Shown in pieces: positions 1 to 9,897 of a stretch of 64,000 nucleotides of DNA (within the stretch, counting starts at the first letter, position 1; each line of letters begins with the position of its first letter). The stretch is from NCBI GenBank assembly GCA_963818505.1, contig CAWFSJ010000001.1, positions 372,348 through 436,347 on the forward strand. The letters run 5' to 3'. The DNA comes from an uncultured Actinomycetota bacterium (GTDB lineage Bacteria > Actinomycetota > Actinomycetes > S36-B12 > UBA10799). A program made the translations under genes and the position numbers. The notes beneath the pieces are model-generated. The model was given only the letters and a program-made list of their open reading frames with translations. It searched no databases and was not told where the DNA came from.

Positions 1-822
1 GAAGTCGCCAGGACCCGTATTGCTCTGTTGCGACGGCTGCTTGATCTTCTTCTGCGGCGACAGCAGCCCACCGTTCGGGGAGACCGTCGGGTTGTTCGCC
101 TGCTCGAGTATCTCGCCGCCGGAGCACGCCACATCCACCACCGTCACGTTGGAACGGGGATCCGACTGCTCCAGGGCGAGTCCGGCTCGCACGAACCCAC
201 TCCAGCGAGACCTGTCACAGGCCGGTTCGTCCCAATCGATCGTCCCGTCGGGGTTGCGGAAAGGGGGGAAACCCTCTCCCGATGCGTAGGAATCCCCAAG
301 AATACTCAGCAGTGTGTTGCGCACGGTGATGCTGCTCGACACGGTCTTGGTTACCGAGGTCTTGGTGTCCTTGACGGCCAACTGCAGCCCGAAGTTGCCC
401 TCCGGGAGCATCACGTCCAGCGGCGTGCCGCAGGGCTTACCGGCGTACGTGGTGACGGGGGCGGTCGCGATCGTCCAGCTGCACTTCAATCGGGTCTTCG
501 ACCCGCCGCTGACTGTCGTCGCGCTCGCGTCGAGAGTGACTTGGAAGAGCCCATCGCCGGGCAGCGGACCGTACAGCGCGTTCCCCGCGGCTTGATAACC
601 GGGGACGGGCTGCATCGGTTCATCGGGGATTCCCGGGTATTGGTCGTTGTCGGTCATCGATGCAGGCATCGACCAGTCCCACTGCACGTCTATGCGGCCC
701 CAGTCCGCAGCGGCCTTTGTATTGGCGTTCTGTCCGATGTCCGCGGCCACATTCGCCGGAGTCATGACCGCTGCCGCCGCGGCGACTGCGGTCAAGGCCG
801 CAGCTGTTCTACCAAGTCGCAC
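1..822 (-). CDS. Secreted SGNH/GDSL-family hydrolase (partial, runs off the window edge)
   Basis: Not in the ORF track because there is no stop codon in the window. Manual translation from GTG 822 gives a signal peptide (MRLGRTAAALTAVAAAAAV) and the SGNH motifs ILGDSYASGEG, ACDRS and VACSGG. Confidence 0.8.
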   Translation of the reverse strand, partial: MRLGRTAAALTAVAAAAAVMTPANVAADIGQNANTKAAADWGRIDVQWDWSMPASMTDNDQYPGIPDEPMQPVPGYQAAGNALYGPLPGDGLFQVTLDASATTVSGGSKTRLKCSWTIATAPVTTYAGKPCGTPLDVMLPEGNFGLQLAVKDTKTSVTKTVSSSITVRNTLLSILGDSYASGEGFPPFRNPDGTIDWDEPACDRSRWSGFVRAGLALEQSDPRSNVTVVDVACSGGEILEQANNPTVSPNGGLLSPQKKIKQPSQQSNTGPGDF

Positions 823-1054
823 TCCGAGCTCACTTTCCTGGGGATCGGGCGATGCACGTAATGCTAGGGGCACGCAGGCACCTTCGCCGTTTACTACGTG
901 GATGATTGCTGCCCGGCTTGCAGAAGTAGCTGAGAATCGAGCATCGTGTGATGGGTGGTCACGCCGGCCCATCAGCGCAATCGCGACCATCAGATGCGAG
1001 GTCCGTCGAGGCGCCCCGAATTTGGGTCATGAACCACGACTGGTGTGGCCGCAG

Positions 1055-1696
1055 TCAGCGGATGGGCGTGATTCCCGCGTCCTTGGCCTTGATGGCTGCG
1101 GCGGTGCGGTCGGGCACCTGGAGTTTGAGCAAGACGCCGGACACATGATTGCGAACGGTCTTCTCCGACAAGCCGAGACGGGCGGCTATCTCAAGGTTGC
1201 GGGCACCGCCGGCGAGTTCGCTGAGGACTTCGCGTTCGCGGGGGGTCAGGTCGGGGAAGGGATCGCCGCCAAGCGTCCCACTGTGGAAGGCCAGGATCCG
1301 CCGGGCCACCGATGCGCCGTACACCGCCTCCCCGGCCGCGACGGCGCGCACGGCCCGGATGATCTCAGCGGAGTCCGCACCCTTGACCAGGTACCCGAGC
1401 GCGCCGGCCCGCAGGGCGGCGAAGACCGACTCGTCGTCCTCATGCATAGTCAGGGCGATGACACCGGTGGTCGGCGCTGCATCCCGCAGCCGGCGCATCG
1501 CCGCGATGCCGTCGAGGCCGGGCATCGTAAGGTCGGTGACCGCGACATCCGGCGTTTGCTGGGCAACGGCGACAAGCAGCTCGTGGCCGTCGCTCGCTTG
1601 TGCTACCACGTCGATGTCGTCGGCCTGGTCGAGTACCGCAACCAAGCCGAACAGGTACATGGGATGGTCGTCGGCGACGACGACGCGGATGCTCAT
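1055..1696 (-). CDS. NarL/LuxR-family response regulator
   Basis: Receiver motifs VVADDH and DLTMPGLDG; LuxR HTH LTPREREVL...SEKTVRNHVS. Start overlaps the kinase stop by 4 bp. Confidence 0.95.
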   Translation of the reverse strand: MSIRVVVADDHPMYLFGLVAVLDQADDIDVVAQASDGHELLVAVAQQTPDVAVTDLTMPGLDGIAAMRRLRDAAPTTGVIALTMHEDDESVFAALRAGALGYLVKGADSAEIIRAVRAVAAGEAVYGASVARRILAFHSGTLGGDPFPDLTPREREVLSELAGGARNLEIAARLGLSEKTVRNHVSGVLLKLQVPDRTAAAIKAKDAGITPIR

Positions 1697-3678
1697 CTGC
1701 TCACCGGCGCGAAGGGCAGGATGGCAGAGACCTCCGTGCCGGTGGGTTTGACGGGCACGACTGTCACACTCCCGCCGAGCCTGGCCGCACGGCGACGCAT
1801 GGACGCGAGCCCCACGCCAGTCGTCGACCGCTGATCCGGCATCCCAGCGCCGTTGTCGCGGATCGAGAGGGATAGAGCCTGCGGGTCGCGCCCGACACTC
1901 ACCCAACAACTTGTCGCCCCCGAATGCCGCGCCACGTTCGTCAGCGCCTCGGCAGCGATCCGGTATGCCGCCGATGCGACTTCGGGCGGCAACGTCGTGA
2001 GATCGCCCTCCACTTCCACGCTGACATTGGCGGCCACACGATCTGCGGCCAGCCCGATCGCCTCGCCGAGTGCCGCGGAGTCCAGGGCGGAGGGGCGAAG
2101 GTCGTCGATCACTCGACGCACCTCCTCAGTCGCCGCGCTCGCCTCCAGCCCGATCCGATCGATCAAGGTGACGGCGGCGTCTGGGTCGGTCCGGACCAGG
2201 CCGTGCGCGGCTTCGGCCCCGAGCGCGATGCCGCTGAGAGCTGGGCCGATGCCATCGTGAAGGTCCTGGCGCAGTCGGGCACGCTCGGACCCAGCGGCGA
2301 GCAGAACCTGTTGGCGCTCGTGCTGGAGGTCGCGAGCCAAGGCCTGCGCGCGCAGGGCCGCGACCCAGTACGGGGCCACCACGGCGAGCAGACGTGCATC
2401 CGCTGGATCCAGGCTCCGCTCACCACGACGGGGTGAGAGCACCAACTCCCCCGCGGACCCATTGCCCAGAGGCACTGACCGGGCGCGCTCAGTGAGCGTT
2501 CCCACTGTGGCCAATGTCGCACCGGTCGCGTCGCGCAGTTCCGCGCCGGGCGAGCGTACTGATTCGGCCAACACACGCAGCAGCACCTCGGGGGCTTCCA
2601 GATCAGCGCCCCCGATCTGGCCAATCACGGCAACGGGGTCGCTGCGTCGGCCGTAGAGCAGCCGATCCGTGGACCGCACGAGCACATCCCGAAGCGGCAA
2701 CACCAGGACCGCGATGGCGATCGCCGCGATAGCGATGCCGTACTGCGAACCTGCGGTGCGTTGGCTGATCAACGCCGAGATCACACCTACAAGCAACGCG
2801 ACCACCACGGTGAGAGGCAGGTACACCAAAGCGCGGCGGACTGTGACATTGATGCCGAGCAGGTCATAGCCCAGCACCCCGATGGCAACCGCAACCGCGA
2901 TCAGCGGATACCACACGTGCAGAACAAGGTCCTCGAATGGCAGGAAGACCGAGAAGGCGGCCAACACCACCGGCAGAAACATCCAGAGGATCTGGCCACG
3001 AGCCTGCGATCCTCCGCGACGGAAACGTACGACCAGGCCGACCAACCCTGCCACGATTCCGCTCAACAGTCCGACGAAGCCGAGCGCGAGCAGCGCAATG
3101 ATGAAAGGCGCTAGCCAAGGCGGCCAAGCGAAGGGCAGGGTGAGTCCCTCAACCCAGTCATCCACGTTGTCCGTGCTCAGAGCCAGGACCAGGGTGACCG
3201 ATGCCAGACCCAGCACGTTGAGACGCAGCGCCCACCGCCAACGTGGGCCCACGGGCTTCCCGTCCGGGTACACCTGGGGAAGGACGGCGAACGGCAGCAG
3301 CAGGGACGGAAACCAGAGAAATCCGGCCGTCCACACCGCAAGGAGGCCGAACGGCCAGGACACGCTGGGGTCGGCCAATGCGCGGGTCCCATAGATCCCG
3401 AGCACTTCCGACAGGCTGCCGAACAACGCGGACAGAAGCAGGATCCAGCCGATCGGATTCTTGGGTCGTTCCAGCGCGACCATCAGTCCCGCGACACCGA
3501 AGCTAACGCCCCAGAGAAGCGTCCACGGGCCGTTGGCCGGATCCTTGGGGACCCCGGCAAGTGGGTACGCGTCGGGCCCGATCACAAGAGACACCAGTGC
3601 GAAGGCGACCGACAGCCCGGCGATGGTGATGGCCATCGCCGGCAACCAGTCCTCGGACGGACGTCTCATCACACCCAT
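1693..3678 (-). CDS. Multi-TM sensor histidine kinase (HisKA_3)
   Basis: Many TM segments; H-box ERARLRQDLHDG, EALTNVARHS, DNGAG, GVGLASM. GAGGAG RBS precedes ATG 3678. Confidence 0.93.
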   Translation of the reverse strand: MGVMRRPSEDWLPAMAITIAGLSVAFALVSLVIGPDAYPLAGVPKDPANGPWTLLWGVSFGVAGLMVALERPKNPIGWILLLSALFGSLSEVLGIYGTRALADPSVSWPFGLLAVWTAGFLWFPSLLLPFAVLPQVYPDGKPVGPRWRWALRLNVLGLASVTLVLALSTDNVDDWVEGLTLPFAWPPWLAPFIIALLALGFVGLLSGIVAGLVGLVVRFRRGGSQARGQILWMFLPVVLAAFSVFLPFEDLVLHVWYPLIAVAVAIGVLGYDLLGINVTVRRALVYLPLTVVVALLVGVISALISQRTAGSQYGIAIAAIAIAVLVLPLRDVLVRSTDRLLYGRRSDPVAVIGQIGGADLEAPEVLLRVLAESVRSPGAELRDATGATLATVGTLTERARSVPLGNGSAGELVLSPRRGERSLDPADARLLAVVAPYWVAALRAQALARDLQHERQQVLLAAGSERARLRQDLHDGIGPALSGIALGAEAAHGLVRTDPDAAVTLIDRIGLEASAATEEVRRVIDDLRPSALDSAALGEAIGLAADRVAANVSVEVEGDLTTLPPEVASAAYRIAAEALTNVARHSGATSCWVSVGRDPQALSLSIRDNGAGMPDQRSTTGVGLASMRRRAARLGGSVTVVPVKPTGTEVSAILPFAPVSR

Positions 3679-3723
3679 GTCGCTCCTCTCGTGGTCAGTG
3701 TGACCCAGCAGTATCCGACTTGT

Positions 3724-3743
3724 CCCGGGACTCGAGTCCCGGG
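3724..3743. promoter_or_regulatory. Perfect 20-bp palindrome, probable response-regulator operator
   Basis: CCCGGGACTCGAGTCCCGGG between the divergent kinase and membrane-protein genes, followed by a related CGGGCACGTTTCCCG site. Confidence 0.5.
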
Positions 3744-3876
3744 CGACCCGGGCACGTTTCCCGAACAACCGGGGCTCCGTGCCGTTGTGGGGGTCTGGGT
3801 CGGACGGCTGTGCTGAACCCGGCACCTCCGCAACGCCAGATCCACTGGCAGCAGCCAACAACGAAGGAGAAGCACC

Positions 3877-4329
3877 ATGAGCAAGACCGATGTTCACGAC
3901 TTGGACAAGTCCGTGACGACTATGAAACCGGTATTGGCGCCCGCTGCGGGCCTTGCCCTCTACCTGGGGGCTGTGGTCCTCAACCTTGCAGCCGATGCTG
4001 GAGGGCCTGACGAGCAGAACCTGACCGACTGGGTGGTCACCCTGGCCATTGCGGGTGTCGCAGTGGGTATCGCCACTTGGGCCTCCCGCCGGGCCATCAC
4101 AGGCGGAACGGGCAAGATGGCGAGGACCTCGCTGATTCTCGGTGTGGTCGCGGTGCTCACGATGGTGGTCTTCTGGGCCGGGCTCCCTTGTGTTTTCGGT
4201 GCCGCGGCCCTAGCACTCGGCTGGGCGGCGCGTCGGATCGGTGAGCGTCCGAGCGCGCCGGCAATAGTAGGCATGCTGCTCGGCACGCTGGCGCTGTTCT
4301 CAGGTGCAGTCACGATGGTGGTGGGTTGA
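3877..4329 (+). CDS. Small multi-TM membrane protein
   Basis: AAGGAG RBS; 4-5 hydrophobic segments; divergent from the two-component system. Confidence 0.8.
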   Translation: MSKTDVHDLDKSVTTMKPVLAPAAGLALYLGAVVLNLAADAGGPDEQNLTDWVVTLAIAGVAVGIATWASRRAITGGTGKMARTSLILGVVAVLTMVVFWAGLPCVFGAAALALGWAARRIGERPSAPAIVGMLLGTLALFSGAVTMVVG

Positions 4330-4330
4330 G

Positions 4331-4837
4331 ATGCGCCGCGTCGTGACCCAGGCCCTGGTCGGCTGCCTGCTGATGGCCCCCTTGACGTTGGTCCACTCAG
4401 CTGCAGCTGGGTCTGTGACGCGGGGCGTCTACATCGAGGAGTTCGACGCGGCCACCCAGTTCGCCGCGGGAGAGAACCCTTGCGTGGGCTACGCAGGGGC
4501 TCTTCACGAGACCCGCTCGGGTAGCTACGCACTGATGGCGCCGGGAAAGGGGCCCCGCAGCGCGGAGCTCAAGGTCCGCGGAGCTGTCGACGGCTTCATG
4601 GAGATCACACCCACGAACCCCTTCGACGGACCCAGATATGTGGGCAGGTACTCGGAGCGGGTTGTGGGGTGGCTCACCGAACTGGAACCGGACACGTTTC
4701 GAGTCGGGAACTTCCGTCTGCAGGGTCGCCTCGCGGGCAGCGACGGCACCTCGGTCGTCTTCAAGATCACCTTCAAGGTGACCATGAAGCCTGACGGCAC
4801 TGCTGTCGTGGAACGCCAGTCCACTTCCTGCCAGTGA
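4331..4837 (+). CDS. Secreted hypothetical protein
   Basis: ATG 1 nt after the upstream stop; signal peptide MRRVVTQALVGCLLMAPLTLVHSAAA. Confidence 0.75.
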   Translation: MRRVVTQALVGCLLMAPLTLVHSAAAGSVTRGVYIEEFDAATQFAAGENPCVGYAGALHETRSGSYALMAPGKGPRSAELKVRGAVDGFMEITPTNPFDGPRYVGRYSERVVGWLTELEPDTFRVGNFRLQGRLAGSDGTSVVFKITFKVTMKPDGTAVVERQSTSCQ

Positions 4838-4895
4838 CGCGGAGAGTGGTCGGGTCCCGTGGTCAAGCCGGGGATCCGACCGCGTGCGCGCGTGA

Positions 4896-5483
4896 TCAGG
4901 TAGTCGAGGATGTGCCAGTCACAGAGGAATTGTCGGCGACCCTGGCCTCGGTGACCCCCGCGCCCATCCAGCGCGCATACCAGAGCCAGTAGCAGCCGAT
5001 CAGCACGGTGGTGCCGAACTCCGAGCCCAGGATCGCCACGAACCCGCCCACTGCCAACAACACGGCCGCCCATCCGGGGATGCGCAGCGCTCGCCATCCG
5101 GCCACCGCGGCCAGGATGAAGCCGATACCGGCAAGGAGGTTTCCCGGCAGGCCCAGGACAGCGAACCACGCGGGGTCCTCACGCAGGGCCAGGCCGGCCG
5201 CAACCCCGAGGACAAGCAGCCCGTAGCCGACGGCCACGAGCAGCGGGCCCTTGCCGGGAAGATCACCCAGGCGCCGGCTCACGAGGACCGCAGCAATGCT
5301 GAACAGCAGCAGTGAGAGCATCAGGACCTCCCGCGTCAACCCCGCAGGTGTCTCGTAATCCGCAGTCGGCGGGCCCGGAGTCAGAACCTGGGTAAGTGCC
5401 ATCGCGATGGCACTTACCCCCGCGCCGATCGGAGCGACAGTTTGTAGGGGCGAGGGATGAGGCCGGGTTTGTGTGAGTTCCAT
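4896..5483 (-). CDS. Multi-TM membrane protein
   Basis: About 6 hydrophobic segments; divergent from the second two-component system. Confidence 0.75.
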   Translation of the reverse strand: MELTQTRPHPSPLQTVAPIGAGVSAIAMALTQVLTPGPPTADYETPAGLTREVLMLSLLLFSIAAVLVSRRLGDLPGKGPLLVAVGYGLLVLGVAAGLALREDPAWFAVLGLPGNLLAGIGFILAAVAGWRALRIPGWAAVLLAVGGFVAILGSEFGTTVLIGCYWLWYARWMGAGVTEARVADNSSVTGTSSTT

Positions 5484-5635
5484 GCACGAAGACTGACCTG
5501 GCACCGATGCGAGCACATCGCCCCACAGACCAGTCCTTCACAGCAGTCCGCTGCCCCAGAAGGACCATCCGAGCCAAGGAAATGTCCTCCGCAAGGACGA
5601 GGCCCGATTCCGTCGGGGGCCATACCCTGACGCAT

Positions 5636-6790
5636 ATGCCCACGATCCGCCTCGCCCCGTTCGTCACGGTAGTCCGCCTCATCGCGTTGGCGGCCGTCCT
5701 GATCTGGGCCGTGGTGGCGTCAGCAGATGCCACGCGGCCGTCACTCGTGATCGCGTGTGGCCTCGCCGGTGCCACCTCGGTCCTGGTGGGACCAAGGTGG
5801 CCGGTGCTGCCCCCGGCCGTCTGCACGACTGCCCTTCTCGTAGCCGGTACCGCTGGCGGCCTGCCGGAGGATGGCCGTAGCGACTCGCCATTCATCCTGT
5901 TGCTGATCTGGTCAGCCTTTCTGGCCGGGCGCCACACTGCGCCGAGGTGGCAACCGTGGAATGCAGCGATCGGCTTGGCGTACGTCGCCATGGTCGCCAG
6001 TGGACCCAGTTCCGACATCGGCGAAGTCGTGTTCCCCGCCTTGCTCTACTTCGGGCCTTGGCTTGCCGGGCTCACGGTGCGGACCTTGACCGCGCGTGCT
6101 GAGCAAGCACGCCTCTGGGCCGTCGAGGCCGAGGCGGCCCGTGAGACCGCGGTGCGCAATGCCATCCTCGAGGAGCGCCTCGACATCGCCCGCGAACTCC
6201 ACGACGTCGTGGCCCACCGGATCTCTGCAGTCTCGCTGCAGGCGCAGGTGGCCCGACGGCACGCGGAAGCTGGGCTGGCGGTCAACGCCGACCAGCTACA
6301 CACCATCGAGACCACGGCAAGGCAGAGTATGGCCGACATGCGCCGACTGCTGGGTCTGCTCCGTCCCGAGGACGGCTGCGCCACGTTGGACCCGCAGTCC
6401 TCGCTGGCCGACCTTCATCGCCTGCTCGAGACGGCCCAGGCGTCAGGCCAACGCGTGCAATTCGAGGAGATGGGGCATGCCCGTCCGCTTCCGCCAGCGG
6501 CATCGCTCGGCGCCTACCGGATAGTTCAGGAGGCGCTGACGAACGCCCGCAGGCACGGTGCACCGGGCGTCACCCTTCTGCGGGTTTCCTGGAGCGACGC
6601 GCTTCTGCAACTCGAGATCACGAACCCTGTGGGCAGGGACCAATCAGACGTGGCCCCCAGCCACGGCGTTCACGGCATGGTCGAACGCGCAGCGTTGTTC
6701 GGAGGGACCCTCACTTCCGGGCGGGAGGGCGATCATTGGGCAGTTCGCGCTGCGCTGCCCGCCCCGACGATCGTCCAGGCGGTCCCGTGA
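5636..6790 (+). CDS. Sensor histidine kinase (HisKA_3)
   Basis: ERLDIARELHDVVAH, YRIVQEALTNARRH, HGVHGMVER. Confidence 0.93.
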   Translation: MPTIRLAPFVTVVRLIALAAVLIWAVVASADATRPSLVIACGLAGATSVLVGPRWPVLPPAVCTTALLVAGTAGGLPEDGRSDSPFILLLIWSAFLAGRHTAPRWQPWNAAIGLAYVAMVASGPSSDIGEVVFPALLYFGPWLAGLTVRTLTARAEQARLWAVEAEAARETAVRNAILEERLDIARELHDVVAHRISAVSLQAQVARRHAEAGLAVNADQLHTIETTARQSMADMRRLLGLLRPEDGCATLDPQSSLADLHRLLETAQASGQRVQFEEMGHARPLPPAASLGAYRIVQEALTNARRHGAPGVTLLRVSWSDALLQLEITNPVGRDQSDVAPSHGVHGMVERAALFGGTLTSGREGDHWAVRAALPAPTIVQAVP

Positions 6791-7434
6791 CCATCCGCGT
6801 CCTGGTCACCGACGATCAGCCCCTGATCCGAGAGGCGTTGGCCGCTCTGCTGTCCGCAGTGGACGGGATCGAGGTGGTTGGCAGCGCCGCCGACGGCGCC
6901 TCCGCGGTGCGCCTGGCGAAGAGCCTGGAGCCCGATGTCGTCCTCATGGACATCCGCATGCCCGTCATGGACGGGGTCGAGGCCACGCGTCAGGTGCGTT
7001 CCCTACCGCACCCGCCTGCGGTGGTTGTCCTGACGACGTTCGACCTCGACGAGTACGTCCTGGCCGCGGTGAGGGCCGGAGCCTCCGGATTCCTCGTGAA
7101 GGACGGCGACGCCGAAGATCTCATCGCCGGGATCCGCAGTGCGGCAGCAGGGGAAGCCGTCCTGGCACCCCGGGCGGCCCGGGGCCTAATGGATCATGTG
7201 GCTGGCCACAGCGGCCCGGATCCCGATGCAGCGGCGGCGATCACGCGCCTGACAGAGCGCGAGCGTGAGGTACTGGTCCATCTTGCTCAAGGGATGACCA
7301 ATGTGGAGATCGCCCGGGTCATGGTTGTCAGCGACGCTACGGCCAAGACCCACGTCAGCAACGTACTGGCCAAGCTGCAGGTCCGCGACCGCACACAGGC
7401 CGTGATCGTGGCTTACACGAGCGGCCTGGTTTGA
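6787..7434 (+). CDS. NarL/LuxR-family response regulator
   Basis: VLVTDDQ, DIRMPVMDG, LTTFDLDEY and a LuxR HTH; GTGA overlap with the kinase. Confidence 0.95.
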   Translation: MTIRVLVTDDQPLIREALAALLSAVDGIEVVGSAADGASAVRLAKSLEPDVVLMDIRMPVMDGVEATRQVRSLPHPPAVVVLTTFDLDEYVLAAVRAGASGFLVKDGDAEDLIAGIRSAAAGEAVLAPRAARGLMDHVAGHSGPDPDAAAAITRLTEREREVLVHLAQGMTNVEIARVMVVSDATAKTHVSNVLAKLQVRDRTQAVIVAYTSGLV

Positions 7435-7458
7435 ACGGGCGCCATGAGCGCGGGTGTC

Positions 7459-8133
7459 CTACAGGATGTTGACGGCATAGGCGATGACGAGAGCGCCGAG
7501 TGCCAGCGAGGTCAGGGACTCCGAAATCATCATGAGCTTGGCCCACGGCCGGATCGCTGAGACATCAGTCGGACTGAAGGCGAGGGCCGTGTTGAACGAC
7601 ATGGCAACGTAGTCGACGAACTGCGGATACCAGCCTTTCGGGACGGGGTCGCCCATCGAATGTTCGGGGAACACGAATGCCGGAGGGATCGATGTATCGC
7701 CATTGGCACGTGCGGCCGCGCCGCCTGCGTCGAGATCCCAGAACCACAGGGCATACGCCACGACGTTCGAGACCCAGATGATCCCGCCGATCGCCAACAA
7801 CTGACCGGCGCTGTCGAATGACGCCTGGGTCAGGATGCCAACCACCAGGCGAACAGCTTGAAAGGCCGTGGCCACCGTGATGGTGGCGATCATCAAGCCG
7901 GTCGTGACCCGTAGCCAGCGGCGCTGCCGGTCGATCCTGCCCGGGTCGCCCACGATGAGGACAACAAGAAAGACCGCCAGGAAGGCCGGGTAGACGAAGG
8001 TCAGGTCGGGGAACATGCGGAAGTCCTCGGGCAGCAGTTCGAAAGCGAACCCGACGACCATGACTGCCAGTGCCATCGGCCAGCGCCGCTCTGCACGCAT
8101 GCGAGGCTCGGCAGACGATGCCGGCTGCGTCAC
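7459..8133 (-). CDS. DUF1345-like membrane protein
   Basis: WFWDLDAGG...FVFP...DYVAMSFNTALAFSPTD...RPWAKLMM pattern. Confidence 0.75.
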   Translation of the reverse strand: MTQPASSAEPRMRAERRWPMALAVMVVGFAFELLPEDFRMFPDLTFVYPAFLAVFLVVLIVGDPGRIDRQRRWLRVTTGLMIATITVATAFQAVRLVVGILTQASFDSAGQLLAIGGIIWVSNVVAYALWFWDLDAGGAAARANGDTSIPPAFVFPEHSMGDPVPKGWYPQFVDYVAMSFNTALAFSPTDVSAIRPWAKLMMISESLTSLALGALVIAYAVNIL

Positions 8134-8323
8134 AGGTCCTCCCGATTCATGGCCCGATCACGTAAACAGAGACTGTCACGTCCGTGAACCGGTGTGCGCG
8201 TCATGCCACACCGACTACACCTGGCGAGCTGGCAGGCAAGAACGTGACCGCGCTCGCTGCGGGGTGAGGTGGGGACCTCGTTCATCGCCCGAGAACCTTG
8301 CCGAACGAAGACCCGCCGCAGGT

Positions 8324-8740
8324 CTATTCGACCCGCTTCATGTCGCCGTCCTGCGCTTTCACGTTCGCATAGGACTGTTTGAGGATCTCCTCGAGCACCG
8401 GCACCTCGATGTCGCTCAGGCGTTTCAGGTAGACGCAGACTCGACTTGTCGTGTGCTTGCCGAGGTCGCTCAGTAGCTGGGAGTACCTCGCCGTACCGTC
8501 CATCAGGTAGACAGTGATCTTGCCCTTCCTGGGGTAGAAGCCGATGGCCTGGGCATCCCCTTCACGGCCGCTGTCATACCGGTAGTGGTAACTGTCGAAT
8601 CCGATCGTGCCTACGTTCCACACACGCGGTTCATGCCCGCTGATCGCGTGCATGATCTCAACGAGCGCCCTGCTGTCTGCGGCCAGCTGCTCGTCGTCGA
8701 GTGCGGCGATGACATCTTCAGCGGGCAGACCCTCAGCCAT
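8324..8740 (-). CDS. DUF1801 (YdhG-like) protein
   Basis: IGFDSYHYRYDSGREG, GFYPRK, LGKHTTSRVCVYLKRLSD. Confidence 0.85.
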   Translation of the reverse strand: MAEGLPAEDVIAALDDEQLAADSRALVEIMHAISGHEPRVWNVGTIGFDSYHYRYDSGREGDAQAIGFYPRKGKITVYLMDGTARYSQLLSDLGKHTTSRVCVYLKRLSDIEVPVLEEILKQSYANVKAQDGDMKRVE

Positions 8741-8932
8741 GAACCCAACGTACAGCGGGTCTGCAAGTCCCAAACCAACCTTGGGTGGGGGTCGGAACCC
8801 GTCGACCAACGGGCCGGTCAGCAGGTGCGGATTCGCGCAAATCTCAGCCGTTCGTGGCTGTCCATGCCTGGTCCGGCTGGCGCATACTCGGAGGCAGCGG
8901 GGCGTGACCACGCTCGCGGATTGGATACAGCA

Positions 8933-9313
8933 ATGAGCATGCACAAGATCGTGGCGCTCGGTGCCACCGCAGCAGTCGCTGGCGGAGCACTGATCACGGG
9001 CGCGGGCGTGGCCAACGCAGCTGGCGACCCGGACTTCAAGAAGCTCTCGGCACCATCCAGCGTGACGGCTGGTCAGATGTTCCGCATCAAATGCCAACTC
9101 AACCCCAAGGTCAACTGGTCGGGCGCCGTTGCGCAACTTGCTCAGAAGCGCGCCACGATCAATGCCAAGCGCGACGTCTCTGCGGGCGGTAACTGCAGCA
9201 TGCGCATAGTCCTGTCCGCAACTGGCAAGCAGAAGATCCGAGTGATCGTCACCCAGAACGGCGGCGCGCTGGAGTCCTCCTGGCTGACGATCAGGGTCAA
9301 GCCGGCCAGCTGA
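8933..9313 (+). CDS. Small secreted, basic, beta-rich protein
   Basis: Signal peptide ending in ANA; K/R-rich; two Cys. Confidence 0.75.
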   Translation: MSMHKIVALGATAAVAGGALITGAGVANAAGDPDFKKLSAPSSVTAGQMFRIKCQLNPKVNWSGAVAQLAQKRATINAKRDVSAGGNCSMRIVLSATGKQKIRVIVTQNGGALESSWLTIRVKPAS

Positions 9314-9337
9314 TTTCGGTTTCGGGCGCCACGGCCC

Positions 9338-9456
9338 GCGATTGTTGCGTTGTTGCCGGGTCCGGCCTTCCAATGTTGCGTTGTTGCTGGTTTCAGGTCT
9401 AGAGAACAGCAACAACGCAGCAACCGCCTACCCGGACGTGCAACAACGCGACAACC
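9338..9456. repeat. Nested palindromic intergenic element, family B, copy 1
   Basis: GTTGCGTTGTTGC occurs twice and its complement GCAACAACGC twice; homologous to 38079-38168. Confidence 0.8.
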
Positions 9457-9567
9457 CACGTGGCGGGCCAGCGCTGATCTGCGAAGGACGCCCAAAGACC
9501 GGGGCCCGAGGCGCCGGCGGGTCGAGTTCAGCCGAAGATGGGACTACGCACCTGCAAGACTTCGAGC

Positions 9568-9864
9568 ATGGCTTCGCGCGCGTACCAACCGCCAGCGTCC
9601 TTCGTAAGCACCGACGGGGTTTGGCCTCACGGACCCTTCGTCGACAATGCTCCCGCCTATGCCGTTGTGACCGCCCGGCTTGTCCGCACACTGCAGCGCG
9701 AGATGACCCGGCGGGGACTGTCATTGCGGGCCGTCGCGATGCCAGCCGGAATCGACCCCACCAGCCTGTCGCGCTTGATCACCGGCAAGGTGGTTCCAGA
9801 TCTTGCCACCATCGCCAACCTGGAACGTGAGCTTGACATCGACCTGTGGCCCGGACGGGTGTAA
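9568..9864 (+). CDS. XRE-family HTH protein
   Basis: GLSLRAVA...GIDPTSLSRLITGKVVPDLATIANLE. Confidence 0.85.
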   Translation: MASRAYQPPASFVSTDGVWPHGPFVDNAPAYAVVTARLVRTLQREMTRRGLSLRAVAMPAGIDPTSLSRLITGKVVPDLATIANLERELDIDLWPGRV

Positions 9865-9897
9865 CAAGTGGCCCGCCCCTGGGAATAGAGGTATGTG

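Noticed and set aside
9568-9864. Toxin-antitoxin or prophage repressor locus
   Set aside because: It is a lone XRE HTH gene with no adjacent toxin or phage genes.
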